From the NCBI GenBank assembly GCA_017654855.1, contig CM030334.1, positions 2,108,001-2,172,000 on the forward strand: a stretch of DNA of 64,000 bases. Reading direction: 5' to 3'. Origin of the DNA: Podospora anserina. Its lineage: Eukaryota. Both the position numbers and the translations under genes were made by a program. Every line of letters starts with the position of its first letter. Positions within the stretch are counted from its first letter, which is position 1. Below, piece after piece: positions 1 through 10,856 of the stretch. Below the pieces are notes generated by a model, which saw nothing but the letters and a program-made list of their open reading frames with translations, was not told where the DNA came from and did not search any database.

Positions 1-2268
1 TTTTAGGCGTGAGCTAGTGCAGAAATATGGGAGGAACAGGGCAGGCTCAACAAGAGGTGCAGAGATATACGCGGAAGCTTCTAAAGGGCGAGATGGAGCA
101 GGCACTAATACAAAGGGAAGCTCGATTTCTGGTACAACCTGACGTGGAAAGAGCTGCAAAACTTCATACCAGAGAGACTCCGCAGAGAAAAGTTCGGGCG
201 GCCTGGTGGAGCCGTGTACTGCGTAAGATTGTTCGTGCTCAGCCAAAGGCAAAGGACGAATATAGACAGTATAATTAAGAGAATCAGTCACACGTTATCT
301 TTTAATACTCCTTGAGGCTTTGCTCCTTCAAACTGCAGTGATCGCCTCGATGAATCTATAGAGATCGATCAATATTTTCAATCTGAGTGGTAGAGAAGAA
401 TGCCGACGATGGTCCATTGACAGCGACACAATACAGCAATGGTTCAAGTGCCTCCCTAATATTCTTCAATTGTTATTGCAAGCTATCCAACTTTGTATTT
501 TACTCCCGCTCTCCATTTACACTCAGATGATACGTACCCAGGTGGCGAAAGCCAAGGTCTGACGGTAGCGCTGTGGATGGGACTGGCACTAGGAGCTCCC
601 GTCGAGTTCTCGGTAGCCTGGGCAGAGGTTGTCGGCAGTGGTGGTGGAGGGGGTGGATCCATAGCCGTTGTCGAGGGGCTCAGTGGAAGAAGATCTCGAC
701 GGAAGACTCTCGTGTACGGCTAGGGACCGGTGATATCTTGAAGACAGAACCACCCCCGCCCGCCTCGCCATTTCAGTCTTGCCTAGTTTCCAATGCATTG
801 CCTCAGCGGCGCTCCACGGGACCGGCATTTCCTTTGCCAGTATGGTCCACATCTCGGATTTGAGCCTGAAGTTTGTAAGCTTTTTTTTGCCTTCAATACT
901 CTATTAGACAAAAAAAGGGGTCGGTAGTTACCTCTCGTATTTCCTTGCAAACTCATTCTTACGCTCTTCATCCCGCTTAAGCTGCTCCAAATAGTTTTGG
1001 TAGTGAAGACGGCAACTGACAGAGCTCCGTCCTGGAAGGAGCTTCGAGATATCGTCCCATTTATTCCCTTGGCCCCGGAGGTTGATAATCTTATTATCCT
1101 CCTCAGTAGACCACTTGCATTTTTCTGGTGTCGGCAATTCGGATGGCGGCCTGCTGCGCTTGTTACTCGAACGCAATACCGAAGTCGGAGTTGACGCCGG
1201 AGGGATTTCAGGTACCACAAAGCCAAATCGCGAAGACAAGGAGGGGGCCGAGGCGGAGGGAGCCTGCTGGGTAGGCGACACAGTCGACTTATTCGAGTCG
1301 GTGTCGATTAATGAGGCGATATCCAGGATGATGATGTATGAATGCTGATATATTCTTTGATGCAAGCAAGATGTTGAGATCTAGAGTTGGAATTTTGCTC
1401 TTGTCTGCAGTGGAAAGATTGTCGACTGAAGAAGAACCGGACTAGGGCTTATGACGGAGAAAGGCAGCGCTTCAGGACACAGTTCACGTACCGTAAATGC
1501 GGTTGTTACGTGTTGTTTTTCCTTCTTCTCTTCTGCTGAGTCAAGGGTCGGAACGTTGATGATAGACCGAATCACATAATCCTCGAGAAATGCTTTGCAA
1601 ACATCTCTCGCAACACGACAGTTGCGGCAGAGATCGACCCAGATACTGTCGGCTTGGATATCAGTGTGCTCAACAACTTCACGGTTCCAACTAGTTCCAG
1701 GAGAATTAGACCAAAGCATTAACGAACAAGAATCGCCGTACAGCTTACCTGCACCATAACCGCTAACACCAGAGGCGCTTACTTTCGACTCTGGGATAAA
1801 TGTTGCGTGATGAATTGCTATCATTACCAGCAGTAGTACCGGCGCGGCGCTCTTTAGCGTATACTTTAAGAAGCTGTTTAGCCCGGCGACGTCTCTCTTC
1901 CAAGTTCCACTTAGAATATATATGTACCACCGAAATGCATAGGGCAAAGAGGCAGGGAAAAAAAGAGGAGGAGGGAAACGAGCAGATATAATAAATAGGG
2001 AAGGGCACTTTGTAGTAAAACCGCGCTGCAGTCCAAAAATACCAAAGGTATGCCCCCTGGCCCGCGCAAATACGGGTTGGTGGCCATGATAGAAGACCGC
2101 GGCGTGGGGGGGGAAAAAAATAGTCGGTAGGGGTGAAGCCAACAAGACGGTGCTGTCCGTTGGGACTTCTGAAAATGGTGGTGTTGAGCCCTTTTCTGGA
2201 GGTCAAAACGTCGGCGGGGTGACTCAGCGAAAAGAAACGGGGCGCTGGCTCACCCGACAGACAAGAAC
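1..2268. mobile_element. Putative terminal segment of a large element inserted into a 5S rRNA gene (Starship-like), continuing beyond the left edge
   Basis: A 5S gene starting at 2336 (-) matches 5S closely only to about 2269, then diverges sharply. The DNA beyond the break carries a Myb/SANT gene. The other boundary and any recombinase gene are not in the window. Confidence 0.55.
589..1824 (-). CDS. Myb/SANT-like DNA-binding protein (multi-exon; 5' structure uncertain)
   Basis: The Myb repeat KWSTEEDNKIINLRGQGNKWDDISKLLPGRSSVSCRLHYQNYLE splices through intron 866-931 (GTAACT...TTCAG) to RLKSEMWTILAKEMPVPWSAAEAMHWKLGKTEMARRAGV, the typical tail of this fungal Myb family. The upstream ORF 1381-2145 is in the same frame, separated by one TAG that a GTACGT...TAG intron (1381-1491) would remove. 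The ATG at 1824 is tentative. Confidence 0.75.
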
Positions 2269-2336
2269 CCGGTCAGCTGTTTGACTAGGGGAGAGCGGAC
2301 GGGATCCCGTATTTTCAACTGCCTATGGTCGTATGT
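2269..2336 (-). pseudogene. Truncated 5S rRNA gene (5' ~68 nt only)
   Basis: The minus strand reads ACATACGACCATAGGCAGTTGAAAATACGGGATCCCGTCCGCTCTCCCCTAGTCAAACAGCTGACCGG, highly similar to the 5' part of the intact 5S at 35503. It has the same upstream flank GACCCAAACCGTC. The normal 3' half ending GTTGTATGT is absent. Confidence 0.9.
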
Positions 2337-2535
2337 GACGGTTTGGGTCTGAACCAGACTACATATCTGGAGTCTGAAGTCCGTCTGCCAAGCATTGGTG
2401 AAGGTATCTTATCAGTGCTACTTCGTTTGCTCGCAATACCGTTGTATCGATCCATGATATCGAATTCAAGGCTCAATTGACTCTGTTCTCCTATGTATAC
2501 AGACTGCATCGTGATGTCTATTAACCATGTGCTTG

Positions 2536-4977
2536 TTACTGACCTTGAGCCTGCCCCTGAGCCTGCCCCTGTCCCTGACCCCTATCCACCATCTCGGGGT
2601 CCTCCAACGCCGGCATCTCCTCATCAGTATCCTCTTCACTCTCCTCCTCATCCTCCTCATCCGACATCCAAGCCCCCGGCATCTGAACAGGAGGATACCC
2701 CACCCTCATCCTCATATACTCCATAACCTCCGCAATACTCGGTCCTTCCCCAAACGCCCCCTCCCCATCAAAGTCCTCCGGATCCGTCCACTCCGCCTCC
2801 TCATCATCCTCCTCATCAACGCCAAACGTAAGGTCATGCCTCGTCCGCCCATCCCAGTTACCCCCAAACTCGGTGGTGTCCTCATCATCAGAATCATCAT
2901 CGTCATCGTCGTCGTCGTCCTCCTCCTCCCCATCCTCAACCGTAGCCTGGAACGGTCCTCGCGGCTGTTGTCCCTGTCCAGCGGCACCCCCATCCCCAGC
3001 AGCGCGTGGTCGGACCCTACCCATCAACGCGTTAAAGAAGCCCATTATCCCGCCTCCACCGCCGTCATCAACCTCGAGCATAGCTTCGAGTTCCTCCTGG
3101 GGCATCTCGGCTAGCAACCGCTCGGCTGCCGCCCGCATCCCGGCTTCTCTGCGAGGGTCCATTTGGGTGCTAAACAGGCCTCGCGTAGCAATGGAATCGG
3201 GTTTCCAGGGTAGTTTTTGAATCTCGCTGCTAAAAATGTTGTCTACTGCCGCTGGTGGCAAGGGGTCGAACTCAAAGTTCGGAGAAGCATCGTGTAGCAG
3301 CTTCCTTGGGACGAGGGTCATGAGGGACGGCGTACTGTCGAGGTAAATGAATCTTGCTACTGCGAGCGTTGGCTCTGGGCTCTGGGGACATCTGTAGACG
3401 TCTATCGGGAGGAGCTTCTTAGCCTTGTTTGCTGCTGATTTGAGGAGGGAGATGGCATTGGGGTTGTTCCAGAGGTCCTTGGAGATGTGAAGGTAGAGCT
3501 CTGTATAAAGTTTGTCGTCATCGTTCCGCGGAGTGTGACCCCAGATGGACTGGGGAGTATCTAGGCTGAGAGCGGAAAACAAGGCGCCGTAGAGCCAAGG
3601 CAGAGTCTCGATGTTCTTGACGAGGGTCTCGTGCGCCGTGTCGTAGTCATCGAGCTGGAGGTAGGCTAAGGGCAGAGTATGGAGAGGATACAAGACCGCA
3701 TCCGGCCACCTGGAAGCGAGGGCATCGCAAAACTTGACAAACCACTCCGCCTCGCGGGATCGAAGCGCAAGAACGGGCACCCAGTTGAGCAGGGCGTAAG
3801 GGTCATCATGGTTGAGGCTCAAGTACAACTTAGACCATTCAAGGGCGGTTCGATAGGTGCCCTTGAGAATGAGCTTCTGGATCAAGTTGTAGCCAGCGAG
3901 GTAGAACTGTCTGTTTTCAGGCCTGGCAAAGTTGATCCTGGCTTTGCCCTGTTCAAGTTTGCGGCGGAAATCACTAAGCGTAACGCGGCCAAAGGTGAAG
4001 AGAGCACGCTCAATGAGATCAGCAGCGAGAGCTGAGTTCTGGTCCTGTCGGGCAACCTTACTGCCCTGAATCAGAGACGACACATGGTATGGGTTCCGGT
4101 GCAAGAAGTGGATGATCTGCATGGGGTCTCCCATCTGGACAAGCTGAAAGAACGACCCCTCAAGATCGTCGTAGGCCTTCTCGTGGGCAAACGTGAACTC
4201 GACCACATCAGGTGTGCCTTCGCTGAGGCGCTTCATGATCAGCCCCTGAGCCGCACCCCTAGGCCACGACTTTTTGCCCTCGATGAAAGGGTTGGTGCGG
4301 AGGAGCGTCTCAAACATGCCCGGCTTCGCCGGCCCCGAGCGACGTGGGTCGGTGGCAACAGCACTTAGGTATGTCTCGAGATCAAGATTCTCTGGCAGAA
4401 TTCTCTGTCGGGTTTCCTGGCGTTCCTCCACCTGGGCGAGATCCATAGCCTTGCCGAACAAACGGCGCATCTCGTTCGCGGCCTTGAGATGTCGGCTGTC
4501 GATCTTCAAGAGGTCGTTGAGCTGGTCGTCCGGGTTTTGTTTTGATGAGCTTGCCGCTGATGCAGCGCCGGCCCGTTGCTTTTTGGCCTTGATGTTGAGC
4601 TCTTTGAGTGCCTTCTCCAGCTCATCCTCCCTAGCCTTGGGGCGCTCTGCTGCTGGGGTTTCTGATGGTTGCTTTCCCTTCTTCTTTTTCTTCTTCTTGG
4701 ACTTCTTCTTGGCAGGTTCGGCCTGTGGACTGGCAACTTCCTTCTCTACCGGTTTTGATGGTTCTGGTTCCTCGTCCTCATCGTCGTCGTCGTCGTCGTC
4801 GTCGTTGCCGTCACCCATGTCCCCGAGCGCTGCGAAGGAGAACATGTTGCCGCGGGGCTTCGCCACTACCTCCTCCTCCTCCTCCTCGCTGGTCTCTACT
4901 TTTGTCTCAGGGGCTTCATTCTGTGAGTTCAAGAGTTCTTGCTGCTTTCGCAGCTTGCGTAATTGTCGACTCGCCAT
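2536..4977 (-). CDS. RQC1: Ribosome quality control complex subunit Rqc1 / TCF25 (Nulp1) family
   Basis: Start MASRQLRKL, KKKSKKKKKKK tract, EMRRLFG, NPYHVSSLIQ, DLIERALF, RPENRQFYLA and RTALEWSKLYLSL motifs. Single long ORF with an acidic tail. Confidence 0.9.
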   Translation of the reverse strand: MASRQLRKLRKQQELLNSQNEAPETKVETSEEEEEEVVAKPRGNMFSFAALGDMGDGNDDDDDDDDEDEEPEPSKPVEKEVASPQAEPAKKKSKKKKKKKGKQPSETPAAERPKAREDELEKALKELNIKAKKQRAGAASAASSSKQNPDDQLNDLLKIDSRHLKAANEMRRLFGKAMDLAQVEERQETRQRILPENLDLETYLSAVATDPRRSGPAKPGMFETLLRTNPFIEGKKSWPRGAAQGLIMKRLSEGTPDVVEFTFAHEKAYDDLEGSFFQLVQMGDPMQIIHFLHRNPYHVSSLIQGSKVARQDQNSALAADLIERALFTFGRVTLSDFRRKLEQGKARINFARPENRQFYLAGYNLIQKLILKGTYRTALEWSKLYLSLNHDDPYALLNWVPVLALRSREAEWFVKFCDALASRWPDAVLYPLHTLPLAYLQLDDYDTAHETLVKNIETLPWLYGALFSALSLDTPQSIWGHTPRNDDDKLYTELYLHISKDLWNNPNAISLLKSAANKAKKLLPIDVYRCPQSPEPTLAVARFIYLDSTPSLMTLVPRKLLHDASPNFEFDPLPPAAVDNIFSSEIQKLPWKPDSIATRGLFSTQMDPRREAGMRAAAERLLAEMPQEELEAMLEVDDGGGGGIMGFFNALMGRVRPRAAGDGGAAGQGQQPRGPFQATVEDGEEEDDDDDDDDDSDDEDTTEFGGNWDGRTRHDLTFGVDEEDDEEAEWTDPEDFDGEGAFGEGPSIAEVMEYMRMRVGYPPVQMPGAWMSDEEDEEESEEDTDEEMPALEDPEMVDRGQGQGQAQGQAQGQ

Positions 4978-5950
4978 TTTTTGTGGTTTGATGAGAAGAG
5001 GTTGTTCTGTCGACAGCGAGTGAGTTGCCGACAGTTGGCTAAACTGATGAAAGACATAAAAGTGGAGGGGTAAGCAACAAGTATGGCGGGGCAGCACCCA
5101 ATCTTTGATGGCAGCCACCAAAGCAAAGCAAAGTTGTTCAAGTTGCGATGCTGACGCTTGTAAATTGGCTAGCTCGGAGTGATACTGTCAGATGTATTGG
5201 ATTTCACTCTTCTGGTTTCACCCTTCTGCTTTTGCACGGCGAAGGCGAAATGGAACGAAGGCGGTTTGCCGATGGAGTCATCGCCGTCTTGAAGATGCCA
5301 CTACGCACTGTACGATGCACTGTGTTTGGGAGCTCTTTCATGATCGACAGGAACATGACATAAACCACAACTGTAGCCAACCTCCGATGGGGGTTGACAC
5401 ACTCATACCTCTACATCTTTTACATTTCTGGTCTCGATGTTAATTGATTACAGCAATAGCGGTGTCCAATGCCCAGTACCTATCCTCTTGGCTCCAGACA
5501 AATGTTCGCAACTTCGTTGGCTGGCTCCAGGTCTGGACCTCTCAAGGCTCCTGCCTCCATGGACCAGCGTATCAAGCTCTCCTCTCCGTTGCAGCCGAGT
5601 GGTTGACATTTGCCATTGTTCAGAGACACCATGCATGGCGTCGCTAGTCTGATACCCGTCTGCTTGGGCCTGGGCTCTCTTGTCGCCAGCCTCGAGGGGC
5701 TGAGAATACCCCTGCAGGCTCAACCTTCGGTGTTGATATGCTGAGGGGTTTGGAAATGCGGTGGGCAAGATTTCCTATTTGGTCACTTTCTCTCCGTCTC
5801 TTTCTTGCAGCAACCGATTGCTTCCAAATCCCATCTTTTTGAAGTGGTAATTCTCTCCATTTTGTCCGCCAAACTTTCGAGGTTGGGCTTTCACTTACGT
5901 TTGTCCATCTGAATCACCCGACCGACTAGCGGGCACAGTCGCTCGCTTCC

Positions 5951-7862
5951 ATGTCTGCCCAAAAGTACGATGATAGCAGGTTCACACGCCGGGCGTGTGT
6001 GACTGGTTTGGTCTTGTGTTGGTTTGTTGCTGTAGGCAGTATCATCGGAGGTGGACTATGTCTCTACAAGGAGGTCCGCGATGACGATTCAATCCGGATC
6101 GACTTGTCCAACAGATGGAGAGAGCTTCTCCCTCTCGGACTGAACATATTCAGTAGGTTGTCGCAAAACTCCTTCCCTGGCTGGTACTGCAGGACAGCTA
6201 ACCACAGTCTGACTCCAAGTTACCCTACTCAACGATAGCATGGGATACATCCATGCCGTTGCTCTCCGTTGGTCTCTCATAAGAGAAGGGAGCCTAGACT
6301 TCAACTCGAACCTGCGTCTACTCACATTCTCCAAGAAAAGTCCCCCAAACGGTTATATCCCCAACTTTCTCTACCTTTTCGGAATCATACTCGCCTACGG
6401 TGCTACATCTGTCATATTCTTGAGCCTTAACCCCGAACTCGCCCGTCTGCTAGGCAAGTCCTACGAAATCACCGACACAAGGGGTGTCCATCTAAACGGC
6501 ATTGCTCTCATTATTCTCGGCTGCGGCTTTCTCCTCCAAGCCGCCGTTACCAACTGGGCCTTGGCGGGTACTAAGATTCCCACATGGAGCTCGAACCCGC
6601 TCATCATTGCGAACACGTGCATGAATCATGATACCGAACACTACCAGGTTATGCCTCGCCAAGGCCGCTGTATGATGGGAGTTCACCTGGCAGGGAATGA
6701 CATCAAGGCCATCCGACCTACTCGAAAGCAAAGGCCAATGATTACAGCACATCCCCATGTCCGCCGTGTGTTGTATCTCTTGTGGGCTCTTCCAATCCTG
6801 AGCGGCGTTTGGGGAGGCGGTGTCTACGGTTACCTCTTACGTGGAAGTAAAAATGGAATCTTTGGGCGGTCATGGAGTCTTCTCCCAGAGTTTCCACCTC
6901 ACATAGACGAGAACTGCCACACTAAGCAATGTACTGACGGGACATCAGTACTGAACCTGGGCTGGAGTACCTCCGGTGGTGCGGCTGGTACAACGGGTGG
7001 CGTCTTCCTCATCATTGCGATCCAGTCTGTGGTCACACTCTCTCTTCACTGTGCCGAACTGATCGTGAATCTTTCACGGGACGAAGGCATATACAGGAAG
7101 CTGATCGGACCAAGAGGCACCAACGGGCACTTCAACTCCGTCGTGGAAGCCTTCACCTCATGGCAAACAATTTTTTTGTTTACTCTCAAATCCGGTGTTC
7201 ACTGGATGTTCGGTTTGGCTATTAATCTCCAATTTCAGTTGGGGGTCAACATGTACCCCTCACAAATATTTTACTTTGGTGGCCTAACTTTGGTGGCCGC
7301 CTTGTTTGGTTTGCTCCTGTCTTTGCAGCGCCCATCAGGTTACTTGCCGCCAACATACGGCCACATCCAAACTATCGCCGACATTATTGACGAATGGGCG
7401 GATTCTGGATGCATGTTTTGGGGTGAGAAGGGTCCACATTACACCGGAACAAGCACCAAGCGGCTCAAACAACCCGATCCAAACGTTGAGTACGGGGGAA
7501 TGAAGAAGGGCGACGGCCAAGGGAGTCACAGTGACGATATCACGGAGATACCTCTTGAAACCTTCAGTCCAGCCAGTCTGGTAGCCTCACCACCAATGGA
7601 CCAGAGCTTTGGCTATGTCTCTCCGGTTGTTCAGACACCTCCTTCGGCAAATGCTGCCTGGGGCCAGCCGTGGCAACAACAGCAGGGTCAATTCACGTAT
7701 GCCCAGTGGACTAATCAAGATCCACGGCACCAATACCAGCACAGCCAGCAGCATCAGACGAGCTACGACAGTCTCAACAGCAGGTTCTCGGGACAGACTG
7801 GGTATTCGGGGTATAGCAACCAGAGCACACAACCATTCCTGCACAATTATAGGAGCTATTAG
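5951..7862 (+). CDS. Fungal multi-pass membrane protein of unknown function
   Basis: Exon 1 (5951-6152) joins through intron 6153-6219 (GTAGGT...CTAAC...AAG) to give NIFITLLNDSMGYIH. Several hydrophobic segments, plus FNSNLRL, PTWSSNP, LHCAEL and PPTYGHIQT motifs. Q/S/Y-rich tail. Confidence 0.85.
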
Positions 7863-8814
7863 AATCCTCAAGGCGGAGTCGGTTATTGTATGAGTACCAC
7901 ATGGTTTTCTTTGGCTTGGGAGCACTCGTGGGGGTTTTTGGCTTGGGGTTGGATATCAGATTTATGGTTAAGCATTGCGGCTGGAAATGGCGGAAAAGGC
8001 TCCTTGGGTAATGTTCAGATTGGCGTGGATTGACTTTGAAAAGTTTTACGAAAAATAAAGCATATCTATCATGAATTAAAGTGTATATATCATGAATCTT
8101 CTGAGCAAATTTTCGACCTTTTGCTCAGTTCTGCACCTCTGTTGTAGAGTATGCGATATGGCGGACTGGAACAAGGCTGGACCCCAACGCCGGCGGGTAT
8201 ACGAGCGCACCTTATCGTTACATATAATCACTAGATCTGTCGGTATTGGTGTTGACGGGTAAGTGTTTTTTTCTCCTTTTCCTCACACCTGTTTCTGCTT
8301 GTCGGTTCATCATCGTGATGTTTGATGTTTGGTGTTGTGCAGTGCATTCAAGCTTTCCCACTGTCTGGCAACCGTCAACCTGCTGGCAAGCACTGCTGGC
8401 CAGAACCCACCTCCAAGTGGCGGTGCTCTGGGGTAGCTGCACCCAAAAAGTGGTGGGGGGAGGGGCGGAGGTCGCACGGGCCTTGGCGCTAGAGCTCAAA
8501 AGCGGGAGGCTGAAGCTGCCGAGTTTTCATAGGCTGGTTTTTCTCTCTCGCATCGGTGCTCTTCTCCCTCTTTCTCTCAAACCTAACCAACGGCGAAAAC
8601 AATGCTGCACAACGCCTCCAGCCGGACACCATCATAACACCAGGAAAATCGTCTCTGCGGAGCGATTCTGTTTTCATTCTCATCTTTCTCTTTTACATGG
8701 TTTAATACCCCAACAAGTCGCTTCACTACCAGCACTTTCAAAGTCACCATTTATCGCGTGCCCTCATTCTAGCAGGCGGTTGTATTTGGTTTTTTCGCGC
8801 CCTAATAAGCCACC

Positions 8815-10856
8815 ATGTCCGATTATATCGGGTTCGTTGTTGCCGACTCTTGCTGTTTCTTCGACTGATTGCTAACTCTTTCGAATACAGATCCAGAATA
8901 TCCCTCATATCCAAGAGCGACATCCGCTATGTCGGCACACTTGCGAGCATCAACTCGGATGACTCGACTGTCTCGCTCGAAAATGTGAGGACGTTTGGCA
9001 CTGAGGGCCGCAAGGGCAAGATCGAGGAAGAGGTTCCCCCTTCCGACCAGGTCTACGAGTACATTGTCTTCCGCGGAACGGATGTCAAGGATCTCAGGAT
9101 CGAGGAGGGCCCCGCCGCCAAGGAGAACAAGCCGCCGGCTGTCCCCAACGATCCTGCCATTGTTGGTGTGAGTCTACCCTTTCTCTTTCACTGTTCTGCC
9201 CATGGCCATTGTTATGATGAAATATTTTCGGATGTAAAAACATATTTGTCTGAAAAGCGCAAAAACCCCATGTTGATAATTTCCGTTGCCTTCCTTCTGA
9301 TCATCTGGCCACGCACACTCTTTGCAAAGCTCAAGCCCTATGTGGAGTAACTGCTGACCAAAATCACTCAGGCTCGCCCTCGGCCTGGCAACGTCGCTCC
9401 TGGCCCACCTGGTGGTCCTCAAGGCCCTCCACAAGGTCCCGGTCCCATCGGGCACCCAGGCCCGCACGGCGCTCCGAACCAGCCGCAGCCTCCTCCAGGC
9501 GCACCTGGTTATGGCTACTTCCCTCCTCACATGGGAGGATGGGGTGGACGTCCAGCTCCTGGTGGCCCCGGTGGTCCCAGTCCAGGCCCCGTAGGTCCAG
9601 GTGGTCCCGGTCCTTTTGGCATGCCCTACCCGCAGCCGGGGTGGTTCCCGCCGGGACAAGAGTTTCCGCCAATGGGTCCCGGGCAATGGAACCCGTATCC
9701 TCAGTTTCCTCCTGGTCCTGGTGGTCCTGGTGGCCCTGGTGCTCCTGGTGGTCCTCCCGGTTTCCCTGCCGCTCCTGGTGCACCTGGACAAGGTCGTCAG
9801 TCGGCTGACCAGACGCCCAGCAACCAGGGTCCAGGCCAAAAGCCCGCACCCATCGGTCCTTCTGGAGAAAAGAAGGCCCCGACTCCAGGACACAATGCTC
9901 AGCCTTCGGAGTCCAAGCCCATGATCCCACCTCAGCAATCTGCGGGTGGTCCGGCACCTCCTCCGCCCGTCGCTTCCAAGCCCACTGCCGAGGAAGTCAA
10001 GGCCACGGCAGCTAATCTCGCCCAGCCTACTGCTCCGGCTTCCTCTCAGGGCATTCCCACAGGTCCCAAGAGCGATCGCCCTGTGCAGATTCTGCCCGCT
10101 ATCCCCCTTCCAGTTGGCTTGACCTCTAGAGTTGCTCAGCCATCGCCCTCCGCCACCAGATCCGAGCAGAACAATGCCGGCGCTACACCCGCTGCATTGC
10201 GCGATGCCACTCAGGCTGCCAAGGAAGCCGTTGCCAATGCGATGGCTCAGATGGAGAACAATGCATACGCTCAAATTGCCAGCCAGGGCGCTGCTGTTGA
10301 CAACTTGACCAAGAAGGTCAACGAGATGAGGGTCAATGCGGCTCGTGGTGGTCATGCCCCTCGCGGTGGAGGCGGACGTGGACGTGGAGGTGCTCGCCCT
10401 GCTGCCAAGGTGGAGGTCCCCGATTCCGACTACGATTTTGCGACTGCGAATGCCAAGTTCAACAAGCAGGACCTTGTCCGTGAGGCTATCGCTGGTGGCT
10501 CGCCAATTGTGGAAGCTCCCGCCCCAGAGGCTGTTGCGCCCGAAGCCCCTGTTGAGAGCACCGAAGCGGTTGAACCCGCTTACAACAAGCAGCGGTCGTT
10601 CTTTGACAACATCTCTAGCGACCTGAAGGACAGGGAGAATGCTTCTCAGAAGCCGGGCGGCCGTGAGTGGCGTGGAGAGGAACAGAGGAAGAACATTGAG
10701 ACCTTTGGCCAAGGCAGCGTCGACGGTGGTTACCGTGGTTATCGCGGCGGTCGGGGCCGTGGCCGTGGAGGTCGTGGACGTGGATTCCGCGGAGGACGGG
10801 GCGGTAATAATGGTGGATATCGCCCCCAACAACAGCAAACACAGGCACCCCAGTAG
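8815..10856 (+). CDS. SCD6: Scd6/Lsm14 (Sum2/RAP55) mRNA decapping activator, P-body protein
   Basis: MSDYIG, intron 8832-8890, then the Lsm domain SRISLISKSDIRYVGTL...VFRGTDVKDL. Second intron about 9168-9372. P/G-rich region, FDF-like DYDFATANAKFNK, FFD box (SFFDNIS), TFG box (NIETFG) and RGG tail. Confidence 0.95.
9209..9304 (+). ncRNA. snR52: Intronic box C/D snoRNA, snR52-like (predicted guide for 18S Am420, yeast numbering)
   Basis: Box C ATGATGA at 9214-9220, D' CTGA at 9250-9253, box D CTGA at 9297-9300, flanking stem GGCCA/TGGCC. The guide GTTGCCTTCCTT before box D is complementary to the conserved 18S AAGGAAGGCAGC (one G-U pair) and matches the yeast snR52 3' end as I recall it. 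Confidence 0.85.

Noticed and set aside
27-278. 83-aa ORF at the left edge
   Set aside because: No recognisable domain. It may be a terminal exon of a gene outside the window, but I cannot support a call.
2269-2336. Truncated 5S as the head of a 5S-derived SINE (SINE3)
   Set aside because: The non-transcribed upstream flank is identical to that of an intact 5S gene, which retrotransposition would not copy. No tail or target-site duplication was seen.
9174-10838. Long antisense ORFs (also 26455-27393, 29414-30523, 53767-54705, 58112-59668)
   Set aside because: They are shadows of codon-biased conserved genes on the opposite strand and have no independent motifs.
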